A stretch of 64,000 bases of DNA from Methanothermococcus sp. Ax23 (GTDB lineage Archaea > AGJL01 > Methanococci > Methanococcales > Methanococcaceae), in assembly GCF_049075655.1 (NCBI RefSeq), contig NZ_CP157522.1, positions 1,440,001-1,504,000 of the forward strand, given 5' to 3'. The position numbers were made by a program, and so were the translations under genes. How positions within the stretch are numbered: position 1 is the first letter of the stretch; each line of letters opens with the position of its first letter. The notes beneath the pieces were generated by a model. The model saw only the letters and a program-made list of their open reading frames with translations. It was not told the DNA's origin and searched no databases. Shown here in pieces: positions 43,052-55,139 of this stretch.

Positions 43052-43219
43052 ATGAGCTCACCAATATTAAAACGAATTTCAAAAATGCCCGAAGAGATTC
43101 CCGAAGACAGAGGATTTAATGAAATTACAAAAGAAGAGCTGGAAAATAATTATAAAAAACTTAAAAATAAAGATTTTTAGGGAACAGAAGAAGAATTATT
43201 TGAATTATTGGAAAACTAA
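43052..43219 (+). pseudogene. small antitoxin-like ORF with internal TAG
   Basis: MSSPILKRISKMPEEIPEDRGFNEITKEELENNYKKLKNKDF*GTEEELFELLEN; RBS and TATA upstream. Confidence 0.45.
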
Positions 43220-43226
43220 AAATTAA

Positions 43227-43880
<654 letters not shown>

Positions 43881-43883
43881 TAA

Positions 43884-46000
43884 TTAATTAATTGCCTTCA
43901 ATATACTTTCAGAAGATAAATCATCTATTTTGTAGTATTTAAATCCATATTTTTTAGCAATATTTTCCCCAATTCCTATTTTTACGAATGATTTTGGTTC
44001 AGTGTCTATCAGTATAACATTTATCTCATCCTCTGCGAGTTTTTCGCAAATCTCATAAACCTCAGTTATATAATCCTCCTTCATGGCAACATTTGGCTTG
44101 AAATCACTTATAAATACAACTACTGGAATAATATTTGGGTTTTTTCTCATGCTGTTTTTAATCACTTCATAAGATTTTAAAAATGCCTTTGAAAGTGGGG
44201 TTTTTCCACCAGTTGGGGTCTCCCTTAAACATTTCTCTGCGAGCTCGACAGAGGATGTGAATGGTAGGAGGAGCTCCGCACTATCCTTCCTAAATGTAAT
44301 CATAGATACTTTGTTTCTCTTTTGGTAGGCATCCATTAGGAGGGATAAAACCGCCCCTTTTGCAGCTTCCATTCTTTTCATAGCACCCATGGAACCGCTT
44401 GCATCCACACTGAAAAGTATATTTGTTGAAATTTTTTTCTCCCTTACCTTTTCCCTTAAATCCTCCTTTTTAAGATATAATGCTACATTCTCATTGTTGG
44501 ATTTTTCCCTTCTCTCTTTTTGATATAATGCACTTGCCCTTAGGGTAGCATCAAATGCTATATCATTTGGTTTTCCCCTTGGAATCCTGTATTTTATATA
44601 CCTCCCTTTTTTACTTATACTTTTCACATGCCTTCCGCTTGAATATCTGCTTATGCTGTCTTTGAGCTGTATTTTTACTATATTGGGATTTATATTTCCA
44701 TTGGCGTTAAACATCTGTTCTTGACTGTTGCCGTTGCCGTTATCGTCGTTATCGTCGTTATTATCGCCATTGGTGTTTTGGTCATTTTTATTGTTTTCAT
44801 TTTCTGGACTATCTTCTTTATCATCATGTTCATCTTTTTCTCCTTCCCGTTCCTCATGTCCTTCATTGTTATCATTGTCGTGTTCAGCGTCATTTCCATT
44901 TAGTTTTTTTTTAAATCATTGTTGTTGTTTTCTTTTTCATCCTTATTCTCATTTTGATTATCGTCATTATTACTGTTATTATTATTTTCTTCAAAATTGT
45001 TTATCATTTCCTCTATTTTCTCATTGTTTAATTGTGGTGGTTCAAATGGTTTTCTTCTCATCCTATGGGGCAATGCCAAATCACATGCTTCCTTGATATC
45101 ATCGCTATTAACATAATCCCTTCCATTAAATGAAGCTATGGTTTTTGCAGTCCTTGCCACAGTTATATCTGCCCTATTTGTGGGAATATTTAATTCTATA
45201 CAAATTCTTGAAATTAATTCTAATAAATCATCACTAATTTTTACATCATCTAAAATTTTCCTTGCATTTTCTATCTTTTCCCTTAATTTAATCTGTTCTT
45301 CTTCATACCGACTATAAACTTCATTTGGATTTTTGTTAAACTCCTCAACTCTCTTAATTACCTCAACTCTCTGTTTAACATCATTCAGTCCTTCCACATC
45401 AACCATTAAACCAAATCTATCCAATATCTGAGGTCGGAGCTCCCCCTCCTCTGGATTCATTGTTCCAACTAAAATAAATTTAGACGGATGTTTAACCTTT
45501 ATACCTTCTCTTTCAATGGTATTCCATCCCATAGCCGCCGCATCCAAAAGAATATCAACAATATGGTCATCCAATAAATTTACTTCATCGATATATAGTA
45601 TATTTCGGTTTGCATCCGCCAATATTCCCGGTTCCAGTGCCTTTACACCTTCTTTTATCGCCTTTTCTATATCCAGCGTTCCAATTACCCTATCCTCTGT
45701 GCTTCCTATTGGCAAATCAACAACCTTCATTTTTCTTTTAGTGGTTTTTAATGTTCCCTTCTCACTGTTTTCTTTACATATATCGCACATATCGCCCCTT
45801 GGATTGCAGTTAAAAGGACAGTTCTCCACAACTTCAATTTCTGGTAGGAGCTCCGCCAATGCCCTAACTGCTGTGGATTTCGCTGTTCCTTTTTCTCCTC
45901 TAATCAAAACACCGCCTATTTTTGGATTAATTGCGTTTAAAATCAATGCTTTTTTCATTTTTTCCTGCCCAACTATTGCCGTAAATGGAAATGCCGTCAT
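43884..46000 (-). CDS. chlD: ChlI/ChlD-type chelatase subunit gene with -1 frameshift (AAA+ part 44900-46000; acidic linker + vWA in the -1 frame to 43884)
   Basis: [22 protein letters not shown]; slippery TTA AAA AAA AAC TAA; -1 frame is open into the vWA motif DASGSMG. Confidence 0.88.
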
Positions 46001-46202
46001 GAAATTACCTCTTTTTAAATTTTAACTATTATTATTAAACTCAATTTAATTATATCACAATTATACTTTAATTGTATATATTTATATCTTTCTTTTTAAT
46101 TCTTCATTATTAATCATTATAATAATAACAACCTATATATAATATTAACCATTATTTTTTAATATTATTATAATAATTATATTAATATATTATGGTGAAA
46201 GT

Positions 46203-49200
46203 ATGAAAAGTAGTAAAAGAAGTATTACTAAATATAAAAAGCAGGATGTTTCAATGACTATAATAATGTGGGCATCATACTGCTCAATAATGAATAATGC
46301 CTATGAATCATTGAAAAAAGAACTTAAACATAAATACAATATCAACCTTAATTTAAATATTTACTCCACAAGGGACATATCTGATAAATTAGACGAGTTT
46401 TTAAATGATGCAAAAAAATCCGATATTGTTTTTATGTATAGGACTTCATCCGATGAGTTTTATGACAATATAGAATTGAATTTTAAAAATTTAGTAATTA
46501 CCGGTCAAGACCCAACATATTGGAATTCTAAATTATCCTCAAAAGCTTATTTATACACAGCTTATGGAGGCATTGAAAACTTTAAAAATTTAATACTATA
46601 TTTATTGGCGAATAGTAGTAATATTGGTAGTAATAGTAATAATAGTGGTAATTTTGGGGAAATAGATTACAATGAACCAGTAAAACTTCCATTTCAGGGA
46701 ATATATTTAAAAAATGAATCCTCCGATAAAGGAACAGTTTATGAAAAATTAGATGATTTCTTAAAAAACGGTAAGTTTGATAAGGAAAATACCATTGGTG
46801 TTTTATTTTCAAGGCACTATCTTGTAAATAATGATATGGAAGTTATAAATGAGTTAATAAATAAATTAAGCAGATATTTCAATGTCGTTCCAGTATTTAC
46901 CTATGGGGCAAAGGATGAAGATTTAGGTGCATTAGGGAGTGGAGAGAGTGTTTTAAAATATTTCTTTAAGGATAATGTCCCCATAATCGATGCACTGGTT
47001 AATTTATTATCATTTCCATTGGGGACAGTTAAGGATAAACACACATTGAAGAAAATAACAGGCATTGAAATATTAAAGAAATTAAATGTTCCAGTTTTCC
47101 ACCCAATAATGAGTTATTATAAATCCTACGATGAATGGAAAAATGATATTCAAGGGTTATCCTCTGAAATTGGATGGAACATTGCATTACCTGAATTTGA
47201 GGGAGTTATTGAACCAATAATCATAGGAACTACTGAAAAAAATAGGAGTTTGGAGAAAAAAAAGTCCATTGAAGATAGAATCGACAAGGTTGTTAATAGA
47301 ATAAAAAGATGGATTGATTTAAAAAATAAGCATAAGAAAGATAGAAAAGTAATATTTATACTACATAATGCCGCATGTGCTTCTGTTGAGGCAACAGTTG
47401 GAAGTGCCGCACATTTAGACACATTTCAGAGTTTAATAAACATTATGAACAGAATGAAGGAGGAAGGCTACTATATTGAAAATATTCCAAAAAATGGGGA
47501 CGAACTGGCAAAGATGATTTTAGATAAAAAGGCAATATCGGAATTTAGATGGACAACGGTAAATGAAATAGCTTCTAAGGGGGGAGCTCTACATCTAATG
47601 GATGAAACGGAATATATGGATTATTTCAATACCATTCCTGAAAGCGTTAAAAATAAGATATTGGATACATGGGGGGATTTGAATGGAAAGGACATTCCTG
47701 CATCTATGGTTTATAAGGATGAGAACAATAAAAATAAAATTGTAATCACTGGTTTGAAATTTGGAAATATATACATCTGCGTTCAACCAAAAAGAGGGTG
47801 TGCTGGTGCAAGATGCGATGGAAATGTATGTAAAATACTTCACGACCCCGAATGCCCACCAACTCATCAATATATTGCATCCTACAAATATTTTAATGAA
47901 ATTGGAGATGTAATTGTCCATGTGGGAACCCATGGAAGTTTGGAGTTTTTACCTGGAAAAAATGTCGGATTATCCAATGAATGCTATCCAGATATATGTA
48001 TAAACGATACTCCACATCTCTATATCTACAATTCAGATAATCCACCAGAGGGAACCACTGCAAAGAGAAGGAGCTATGCAACATTAATTGACCACATGCA
48101 AACAGTTATGGTTGATGCATTTTATAAAGAGTTGGAAACTCTGGATAATCATGTTAATGAATATTTAAAGGAAATGGATATATCAAGGAGACATCAATTG
48201 GAGCATTTAATCGTTGAGGAGGTTAAAAAAACCAATTTATTAAAAATTAAGGAAAAGATTGAAGATATTGAAAAGGACAGTAATAAATCCATTCATGGTA
48301 ATTTTGATGAAATATTTGATGATTTAAGAAATACCTTGGAAATGATAAAAACATCTAAATGCAACGATGGAATGCATATATTTGGTGAGCTCCCGCAGGG
48401 GGATAAAAGAATTGAGTTTATAAATGCAATCTTGGAGTTTGATTATAAAAACAAAAATCTAAAAGATATCTCACTTAGGGAGAGTATAAAAAAAGTGTTA
48501 AATAATGAAGATGAAAATATAAGGGATAAAAATTTAAAAGAAAGAATAATTGACCTAAATAAAAAAATAGATGATTCAAAAGAGATAGAAAGCCTTTTAA
48601 ATGGATTTGATGCAAAATATATTGAACCTGGACCATCTGGATTAATTACGAGAGGGAGGGACGATATTTTACCAACTGGAAGGAATTTTTATTCATTAGA
48701 CCCATACAAAGTTCCAACAAAGGCAAGTTATAGAATTGGAGTTTTACTTGCTGAGAAACTTATAAGTAAATATTTAGAAGAAGAAGGCAATTATCCAGAA
48801 AATGTAGCCATGTATTGGATGTGTTCTGATATTATGTGGGCAGATGGGGAGGGGATGGCTCAAATACTGCATCTATTGGGAACAAAACCAAAATGGAAAA
48901 ATGGTAAAGTTGTTGGAGTTGAAATAATCCCATTGAAAGAATTAAAAAGACCAAGAATTGATATAACATTAAGGGTAAGTGGAATTTTAAGGGATAATTT
49001 CCCAAACTGTATGGAAATTGTTGATGAGGCAGTTTCAAAGGTTGCAAAGCTTGATGAACCCAATGAAATGAATTTTGTTAAAAAGCATGTGATAGAAGGT
49101 TTAAATAATGGATTATCATTCAGGGAGGCGACATATAGAATATTCTCTTCAAAACCTGGAACCTATGGAAACGGTGTTAAATACGCAGTATATGCAAGTG

Positions 49201-49946
49201 CATGGGAAAATGAAGAGGATTTAAAAGATGCGTTCATGTTTTGGAATTCTTATGCCTACGGAAAGGGCGTTTATGGAGATAATGCAAAAAAATCATTTGA
49301 AAATATATTAAAAAGTGTAGATTTGACATTTAATAAAACTGTAAGCGATGAATACGATTTATTTGGATGTTGCTGTTATTTTGGAACACATGGTGGATTG
49401 ACAAATGCCGCAAGGGTTATTTCAAAAAAGGACGTTAAAGCATACTATGGAGACACAAGAAATCCAAATAATGTGGAAATGAGGACTTTAAATGAAGAGA
49501 TTGAAAGGGTCTCACTGTCAAAACTATTAAATCCTAAATGGATTGAAGGCATGAAAAAGCACGGCTATAAAGGAGCAGGGGATATATCAAAAAGAGTTGG
49601 AAGGATATTTGGTTGGAGTGCAACAACAAAAGAAGTTGATAACTGGATTTTTGATGAAATATACAATACATATGTGAAAAATGAAGAAAACAAAGAATTT
49701 TTTAGAAAAAATAATCCTTATGCTCTTGAAGAAATTGGAAGAAGATTGTTGGAGGCATATCAAAGAGGACTTTGGAAAACTGATGAAAATAATATCGAAG
49801 ATTTAAAAAGAATATATATGGAGATTGAAGGAGATATTGAAGATACTTATGGAGATATTGATATTGGAGAGTTTCAAGGAGGTAGCATCGATATCGATAT
49901 GATTTGGAAGGAAAAATTAAAGGCAAATTATTATGCACGATTTTAA
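46203..49946 (+). CDS. cobN: cobaltochelatase large subunit
   Basis: PEFEG, HVGTHGSLEFLPGK, LPTGRNFY, RPRID, LLNPKWIEGM. Confidence 0.93.
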   Translation: MKSSKRSITKYKKQDVSMTIIMWASYCSIMNNAYESLKKELKHKYNINLNLNIYSTRDISDKLDEFLNDAKKSDIVFMYRTSSDEFYDNIELNFKNLVITGQDPTYWNSKLSSKAYLYTAYGGIENFKNLILYLLANSSNIGSNSNNSGNFGEIDYNEPVKLPFQGIYLKNESSDKGTVYEKLDDFLKNGKFDKENTIGVLFSRHYLVNNDMEVINELINKLSRYFNVVPVFTYGAKDEDLGALGSGESVLKYFFKDNVPIIDALVNLLSFPLGTVKDKHTLKKITGIEILKKLNVPVFHPIMSYYKSYDEWKNDIQGLSSEIGWNIALPEFEGVIEPIIIGTTEKNRSLEKKKSIEDRIDKVVNRIKRWIDLKNKHKKDRKVIFILHNAACASVEATVGSAAHLDTFQSLINIMNRMKEEGYYIENIPKNGDELAKMILDKKAISEFRWTTVNEIASKGGALHLMDETEYMDYFNTIPESVKNKILDTWGDLNGKDIPASMVYKDENNKNKIVITGLKFGNIYICVQPKRGCAGARCDGNVCKILHDPECPPTHQYIASYKYFNEIGDVIVHVGTHGSLEFLPGKNVGLSNECYPDICINDTPHLYIYNSDNPPEGTTAKRRSYATLIDHMQTVMVDAFYKELETLDNHVNEYLKEMDISRRHQLEHLIVEEVKKTNLLKIKEKIEDIEKDSNKSIHGNFDEIFDDLRNTLEMIKTSKCNDGMHIFGELPQGDKRIEFINAILEFDYKNKNLKDISLRESIKKVLNNEDENIRDKNLKERIIDLNKKIDDSKEIESLLNGFDAKYIEPGPSGLITRGRDDILPTGRNFYSLDPYKVPTKASYRIGVLLAEKLISKYLEEEGNYPENVAMYWMCSDIMWADGEGMAQILHLLGTKPKWKNGKVVGVEIIPLKELKRPRIDITLRVSGILRDNFPNCMEIVDEAVSKVAKLDEPNEMNFVKKHVIEGLNNGLSFREATYRIFSSKPGTYGNGVKYAVYASAWENEEDLKDAFMFWNSYAYGKGVYGDNAKKSFENILKSVDLTFNKTVSDEYDLFGCCCYFGTHGGLTNAARVISKKDVKAYYGDTRNPNNVEMRTLNEEIERVSLSKLLNPKWIEGMKKHGYKGAGDISKRVGRIFGWSATTKEVDNWIFDEIYNTYVKNEENKEFFRKNNPYALEEIGRRLLEAYQRGLWKTDENNIEDLKRIYMEIEGDIEDTYGDIDIGEFQGGSIDIDMIWKEKLKANYYARF

Positions 49947-50080
49947 ATCATTTTAAATCATTTTTTAATTATATATAAATATTAGTGGATATAAATTACA
50001 TAAATTAACTAAAATAAATAGTATTAATATTTAAGTTAGCAATCCTTAGAATTTGCTTAAATAATTAAAAGGGTAATATC

Positions 50081-50782
50081 ATGAAAGCAGTATGTGTTTT
50101 AAGCGGTGGTTTAGATTCCGTTGTATCTATGATGGTAGCAAAAAAAGAAACATCAGAATTATATGCCATAACATTTGACTACGGTCAAAGGGCAGTATTG
50201 AGAGAAATAAACGCTTCAAAAAAGATATCTGAAATATTAGGGGCTGAACACAAAGTTATCAAACTCCCATTCGTAAAAGAATTTAGTAAAAGTGCCTTAA
50301 CCATGGGTCAGGATGTTCCCACTATGAAAGAGGAGGAGCTCGACAACATAGAAAGGGCTACTGAGACAATGAAATCTGTATGGGTTCCAGCAAGAAATAT
50401 GATTTTATTTTCAATAGCATCAGGATTTGCGGAGTTCGTAGGGGCTGATGAAATATACGCGGGATTAAACAAAGAAGAAGGCGTGACCTTTCCAGATAAC
50501 ACCGTAGAGTTTATGGAAAGGTTCAACAGTGCGTTGGAATATGGAACCTTAAACAAGGTTAAAATGAGAGCTCCACTATATGAATTAACCAAAACCGAAA
50601 TTGTTAAACTTGGTAAGAAGCTTGAAGAGGAACTTGGTTTAGAGGTTTTAAAATACAGTTATTCATGCTACCACGATAACGGGGAAGATTTTTTGCACTG
50701 CGGAACATGTGAAAGTTGCATGAGGAGAAAGAGGGCATTTAAAGAAGCTGGTGTTGAAGACCCTACAAAATATATAGAATAA
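50081..50782 (+). CDS. queC: 7-cyano-7-deazaguanine synthase
   Basis: SGGLDS, FDYGQR, VPARN, CY...HCGTCESC. Confidence 0.95.
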   Translation: MKAVCVLSGGLDSVVSMMVAKKETSELYAITFDYGQRAVLREINASKKISEILGAEHKVIKLPFVKEFSKSALTMGQDVPTMKEEELDNIERATETMKSVWVPARNMILFSIASGFAEFVGADEIYAGLNKEEGVTFPDNTVEFMERFNSALEYGTLNKVKMRAPLYELTKTEIVKLGKKLEEELGLEVLKYSYSCYHDNGEDFLHCGTCESCMRRKRAFKEAGVEDPTKYIE

Positions 50783-50826
50783 GAAAATAAATATTAGTAT
50801 AATACACAAATAAATTTGGTGATAAA

Positions 50827-51432
50827 ATGTATATCGGTAGATTCTTAGTAGTAGGAAAGACAGAAAATGGAAAACCTTTTGTATCATACAGAGTTTCAAG
50901 TAGAAGTTTTCCAAATAGAAAAGCAGTTTTAAAGGACAATACGGTATCAATTATACCTAATGATTTAAACGAAATATTTTCTAACCCATATATTACATAC
51001 AACTGTATAAAAGTCGTAGATAATACAATAATTGCAACAAACGGTTCCCAAACTGATGTAATAGCTGATAAAATTAAACTGGGGCTTCCAATAAGGGATG
51101 CATTAGCATATTCCTTAATCACGATGGATTATGAAAAGGATGACTACAACACACCAAGAATAGCAGTAGTTTTAAATGATAGCGAATGTTATATTGGATA
51201 TGTAAGACACGATGGCATGGGCGTTGAAAAGGTTGAATTGGAAAATGGAAAAGGATACTACATAGGAGTTTATAATTCATGTAAAATATCAAATAATCAA
51301 ATTATAGATGTTGTTGGAGAAGAGCCAGAAGAAATTTGTAAATATATAATGGAATATAATGAATTTGAACATCCAGTATGCTGTGCGGCAGCTGTTATTG
51401 ATGGTGGAAAAATAAAAATAGAAACATTATAG
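50827..51432 (+). CDS. purO: archaeal IMP cyclohydrolase
   Basis: [29 protein letters not shown]. Confidence 0.95.
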   Translation: MYIGRFLVVGKTENGKPFVSYRVSSRSFPNRKAVLKDNTVSIIPNDLNEIFSNPYITYNCIKVVDNTIIATNGSQTDVIADKIKLGLPIRDALAYSLITMDYEKDDYNTPRIAVVLNDSECYIGYVRHDGMGVEKVELENGKGYYIGVYNSCKISNNQIIDVVGEEPEEICKYIMEYNEFEHPVCCAAAVIDGGKIKIETL

Positions 51433-51481
51433 TTTTTTAGAAATTCTTATTTTTTAGTTTATTTTATTGTATTTATTATCA

Positions 51482-52504
51482 TCATCTTTTCAAATATTCA
51501 CAAACCTTTTCAAACATTAAATCTGTTGGGTCTTCGAGCTCTATACTGTTGTTTCTTTTCCCGATATTATCTATGACATAATTAACTATTCTATCAACAG
51601 ATTTTGTATGAATCATCCTTCCCTTTTTTATTAGATACTTATCTACTCCAAGTATGTTCTCAGGATAGCACGAAACTGTTGGAACTCCAAGCACAGCAGC
51701 TTCTCTGTTCATTGTTCCTCCTGCTCCAACCATGGCGTCTGAATAATACAGCAATGAAATTGAATCAACAGTTTCTGGAACAACAACATTCATGGAGATA
51801 TACAATTTTTTCTGTTTTTCATCTCTCGGGAATGCCACAATATTGCAGTCCATCTTTTTATTTAATTTTTTAATTATTTCAGGCAATATGTCCCTTTTCC
51901 CATTACAATAGGATGAATTGGGACTTGACCTCATTACAATAATTGGCAGGTCGTTATTTAACCCTAATTCATCAACTATCTTCGTGTTTAATGGCAAAAT
52001 ATTGTTTAATCTTGAATTTACATTTGCAACCTCACAGGTGCCATCGAATGTTAAAAAAGTTCTTCCACCCTGTTTTCTTAAAATAGTTTTATTTATGCCA
52101 TCAGGGGTTATAATATTATTTACAATTGGCAGGGTTAATCTATTTTGAGCATCGGCATATTCGTTATCCACTATAAAAATAGATGGAATATTTAATCCAA
52201 ATGCTACCCTTGGGAGCTCCACGGAATGTTTTGTAATGGCAACTTTTGGTTTTTTATCTTTTACTATCTTTGTCAATTCAATTATTCTCTTTGCCGAGTT
52301 TATCAATTTTTCGTCAAGACTATCCCCATGAGCTCCGACTGAAATGGGATTGTTCATGTATGTGTAAAACTTAATAATATTTTCCAAACTTTGAAACTTT
52401 CTCAATGTTATGAGATAATCAATTCCTTCCTTTTCGAATTTTTTTATGAGTTGAGAAAAATAATGAACATGAGGTGAGTTTGTTAAATCAATCCATACAT
52501 CCAT
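51482..52504 (-). CDS. DUF354 glycosyltransferase-like protein
   Basis: VWIDLTNSPHVHYF, GGTMNREAAVLGVP. Confidence 0.85.
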   Translation of the reverse strand: MDVWIDLTNSPHVHYFSQLIKKFEKEGIDYLITLRKFQSLENIIKFYTYMNNPISVGAHGDSLDEKLINSAKRIIELTKIVKDKKPKVAITKHSVELPRVAFGLNIPSIFIVDNEYADAQNRLTLPIVNNIITPDGINKTILRKQGGRTFLTFDGTCEVANVNSRLNNILPLNTKIVDELGLNNDLPIIVMRSSPNSSYCNGKRDILPEIIKKLNKKMDCNIVAFPRDEKQKKLYISMNVVVPETVDSISLLYYSDAMVGAGGTMNREAAVLGVPTVSCYPENILGVDKYLIKKGRMIHTKSVDRIVNYVIDNIGKRNNSIELEDPTDLMFEKVCEYLKR

Positions 52505-53016
52505 GTAATCACCGAAAATGAGCAGTATATCTTTTTATATATCTAATCTTATATAATAACCTAATTTATGAAAATTTATCAATCCAATATATGCAAATTG
52601 GTATATAAATATTACATAAGTGAGATATAAATTCTATAACTAATTAAACAGTTCATACCACCTAACAAAATTTTTGAAGATATATAGTTTAAAAGACTAT
52701 ACAATATGGTTCGATTATTTTTTAAATTAACTCGATATTATTAAATAATAAAAATCCCTAAGGCAGCTTTTTTCCCCAATATCTATTCCTGGCAATTTAC
52801 AATTTTTCCCAGCCTCTTATGTTAAAATAAATATATGATATCAATCTTCATTTAAATATATGATTGTTATGTTTCAATTTTTCATTTGATTTAAATCGAA
52901 AACTTTATATATAAGATGGTTGTTTATAGTAGTGTATGTAGAATACATAACCATAAATAACTAACATTTAAATACTTTAAAAACAAAACTATATTTGTAA
53001 TTAATAGGGTGATACT

Positions 53017-53700
53017 ATGGAGATTAAAGAACTCGGTAAAAAGATGGAAGAATTAATGGGATTAGAATACCCAGCAGTTGCTGTAAAACTTGTAAAATCC
53101 AGCGAAGAAATACCAGAAGGATATAACGAACTTGAAGAACAGGCAAGACATTGTGAAATGATTCAAATTGCAAGAAAGGAGGGTAAAAAATTCTATGCTA
53201 CAATTGATAAGCACATGTGTAAAGGAGGGGCTTATGCAATAGGTGTTCTACACGATGCACCAGAACCATTGGCAACAGGTAAATTATACCACAAATTAGG
53301 AAACTTTGCAACCGAAGATGGGGCGGTAAAAACAGTTGGGGCAATTCCAAAAGTAAAAGAACAGATGTATGCAAGCGTCTATGCACCATTGAGTGATGCA
53401 GACTTTAATCCAGATTCAATAGTTGTAATTACCTCACCAAAGAAAGGGTTGAGATTGGCTCAGGCATTGTTATATAAAGAAGGTGGAAGATTCCAGGCAG
53501 ACTTTGCAGGTATCCAATCATTATGTGCTGATGCTGTTGCAGCTGTTAAAGTTAGAGGCGTAGCAAATGCAACACTTGGATGTAATGGTTCAAGAAAATA
53601 TGCTGAAATAGACGATGGTGAAATGATATTCGCATTCCCACCATCAGAATTGGAAAATATAATCGAAGCATTAGAGCACTTTAAGGAAATTTGGGGATAA
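53017..53700 (+). CDS. DUF169 family protein
   Basis: PAVAVKL, HCEM, QSLCADAV, LGCNGSR. Confidence 0.82.
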   Translation: MEIKELGKKMEELMGLEYPAVAVKLVKSSEEIPEGYNELEEQARHCEMIQIARKEGKKFYATIDKHMCKGGAYAIGVLHDAPEPLATGKLYHKLGNFATEDGAVKTVGAIPKVKEQMYASVYAPLSDADFNPDSIVVITSPKKGLRLAQALLYKEGGRFQADFAGIQSLCADAVAAVKVRGVANATLGCNGSRKYAEIDDGEMIFAFPPSELENIIEALEHFKEIWG

Positions 53701-53765
53701 ATATATCCCCTAATATATTAATACCTGATAAATAAAATAAATACAAAAATAAAGGGTGATTATAA

Positions 53766-54014
53766 ATGGTAAAAATAGAGGTATTCACATCACCAATGTG
53801 CCCACACTGTCCAGCGGCAAAAAGAGTAGTTGAAGAAGTAGCATCAGGAATGGAAGGCGTAGAAATTGAACATGTAGATGTAATGAAAGAACCTGAAAGA
53901 GCCGCAAACTATGGAATAATGGCAGTGCCTACAATAGTAATTGATGGGGAGGTTAAATTTGTAGGAGCTCCTACAAAGGAAGCATTAAAGGATGAGCTCG
54001 CTAAATACTTGTAA
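53766..54014 (+). CDS. archaeal thioredoxin/glutaredoxin-like protein
   Basis: SPMCPHC, AVPT, FVGAP. Confidence 0.92.
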   Translation: MVKIEVFTSPMCPHCPAAKRVVEEVASGMEGVEIEHVDVMKEPERAANYGIMAVPTIVIDGEVKFVGAPTKEALKDELAKYL

Positions 54015-54100
54015 TATAATAATTACAATGAATTATTATATTACATTATTATAAGCAGTTGTGCAAATATATGACATAACTTCAATAAATTGTGGAGATT

Positions 54101-54286
54101 ATGAAATTAGTCATTATTTGTAAAGACGATACTAAAAATAAAAAATCAGAAAATGAAAATTTAATTATAAAATGTGGTATATGCAGGGGAGAAGACACTA
54201 AAACCACAATTAAGATGATTATGGAAGATTATGGGGATGAAATAGACGAAATAGTTTATCCAAATTGTAATATTGTTAAAAAATAG
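54101..54286 (+). CDS. small Cys-containing hypothetical protein
   Basis: GGAG RBS, CGIC motif, co-oriented within the cluster. Confidence 0.55.
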   Translation: MKLVIICKDDTKNKKSENENLIIKCGICRGEDTKTTIKMIMEDYGDEIDEIVYPNCNIVKK

Positions 54287-54311
54287 TATTATTTGTTAAG
54301 AGGGTGATTAT

Positions 54312-55130
54312 ATGATAAGAGAAATTTCTGTTAAATGTTTAAGAAGTCCAGAGTTGCTAGTGGATGCAGTATTAAGCAAAATGAATGAAGGATTATTAAT
54401 TGTCGAGACAGATGGGGAAGAACAGATAAAAGTTATAGAAAATCTTGTAAAAAAACTTGGATACAAGATGGAAGTTGATGGAAACAAAGTAAAAATACAT
54501 GTTGGTGAGATTGTGGCATCAAAAACATTAAATGTAGTTGGAGCAACCTGTCCTGGACCTATAATGATGGTTTCAGATATTCTTGAAAAGATGGAAGTTG
54601 GAGAATTGTTGGAAATAACCGCAAGTAAAAACGCACTTACGGATTTGACAGAAGGATTAAAAGGTATGGGTCATGAGGTTTTATCTGTTGAAGAGCTCGG
54701 TGATGGAAATTATAAAATATTAATCAAAAAAGGAGAGAAAAAAGAAGAAGGGGCAGCATCTGTAAATATTGATGAAGTATTTATAATAAACACCACAGGA
54801 ACGGGGAATGCAGAAAAGGCATACTCCACATTTATGATGGCAGATATTGCTCAAAAGATGAAATTAAAACCTACAATATTTTTAATGCTCGATGGTGCAA
54901 GTTTGGCACAGAAAGGAGAATGCGACAAAGTTAAGCATCCGGCATTTCCAAAATTAAGCGAATTGGTAAAAAATGCGCTTAACAGCGGTGTAAAAGTATA
55001 TGTCTGTGAATTAAGTGCAGAATTCAGAGGCATCAGTCAGAAAAATTTGGAAGATGGATTTGAAATTGCAGGAGCTCCTACATTCTTTAACTACCTGTCA
55101 AAGCCAAATGTCAGACCAGTATGGTTGTAA
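54312..55130 (+). CDS. TusA/SirA + DsrE domain fusion (sulfur relay-like)
   Basis: GATCPGP TusA motif; FLMLDGA and VYVCE DsrE motifs. Confidence 0.8.
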   Translation: MIREISVKCLRSPELLVDAVLSKMNEGLLIVETDGEEQIKVIENLVKKLGYKMEVDGNKVKIHVGEIVASKTLNVVGATCPGPIMMVSDILEKMEVGELLEITASKNALTDLTEGLKGMGHEVLSVEELGDGNYKILIKKGEKKEEGAASVNIDEVFIINTTGTGNAEKAYSTFMMADIAQKMKLKPTIFLMLDGASLAQKGECDKVKHPAFPKLSELVKNALNSGVKVYVCELSAEFRGISQKNLEDGFEIAGAPTFFNYLSKPNVRPVWL

Positions 55131-55139
55131 GGTGATATT

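Noticed and set aside
43178-43180. TAG read-through (pyrrolysine) or selenocysteine recoding
   Set aside because: No pyl genes or SECIS-like element seen; Methanococcales are not known to use pyrrolysine; a simple nonsense mutation is more likely.
44720-44780. GTTGCC/GTTATCGTC short tandem repeats
   Set aside because: They encode the Asn/Asp-rich linker of the long chelatase product.
52510-53010. 500-bp intergenic gap as a possible ncRNA or pseudogene
   Set aside because: Divergent promoter region; no convincing structure or ORF found by eye.
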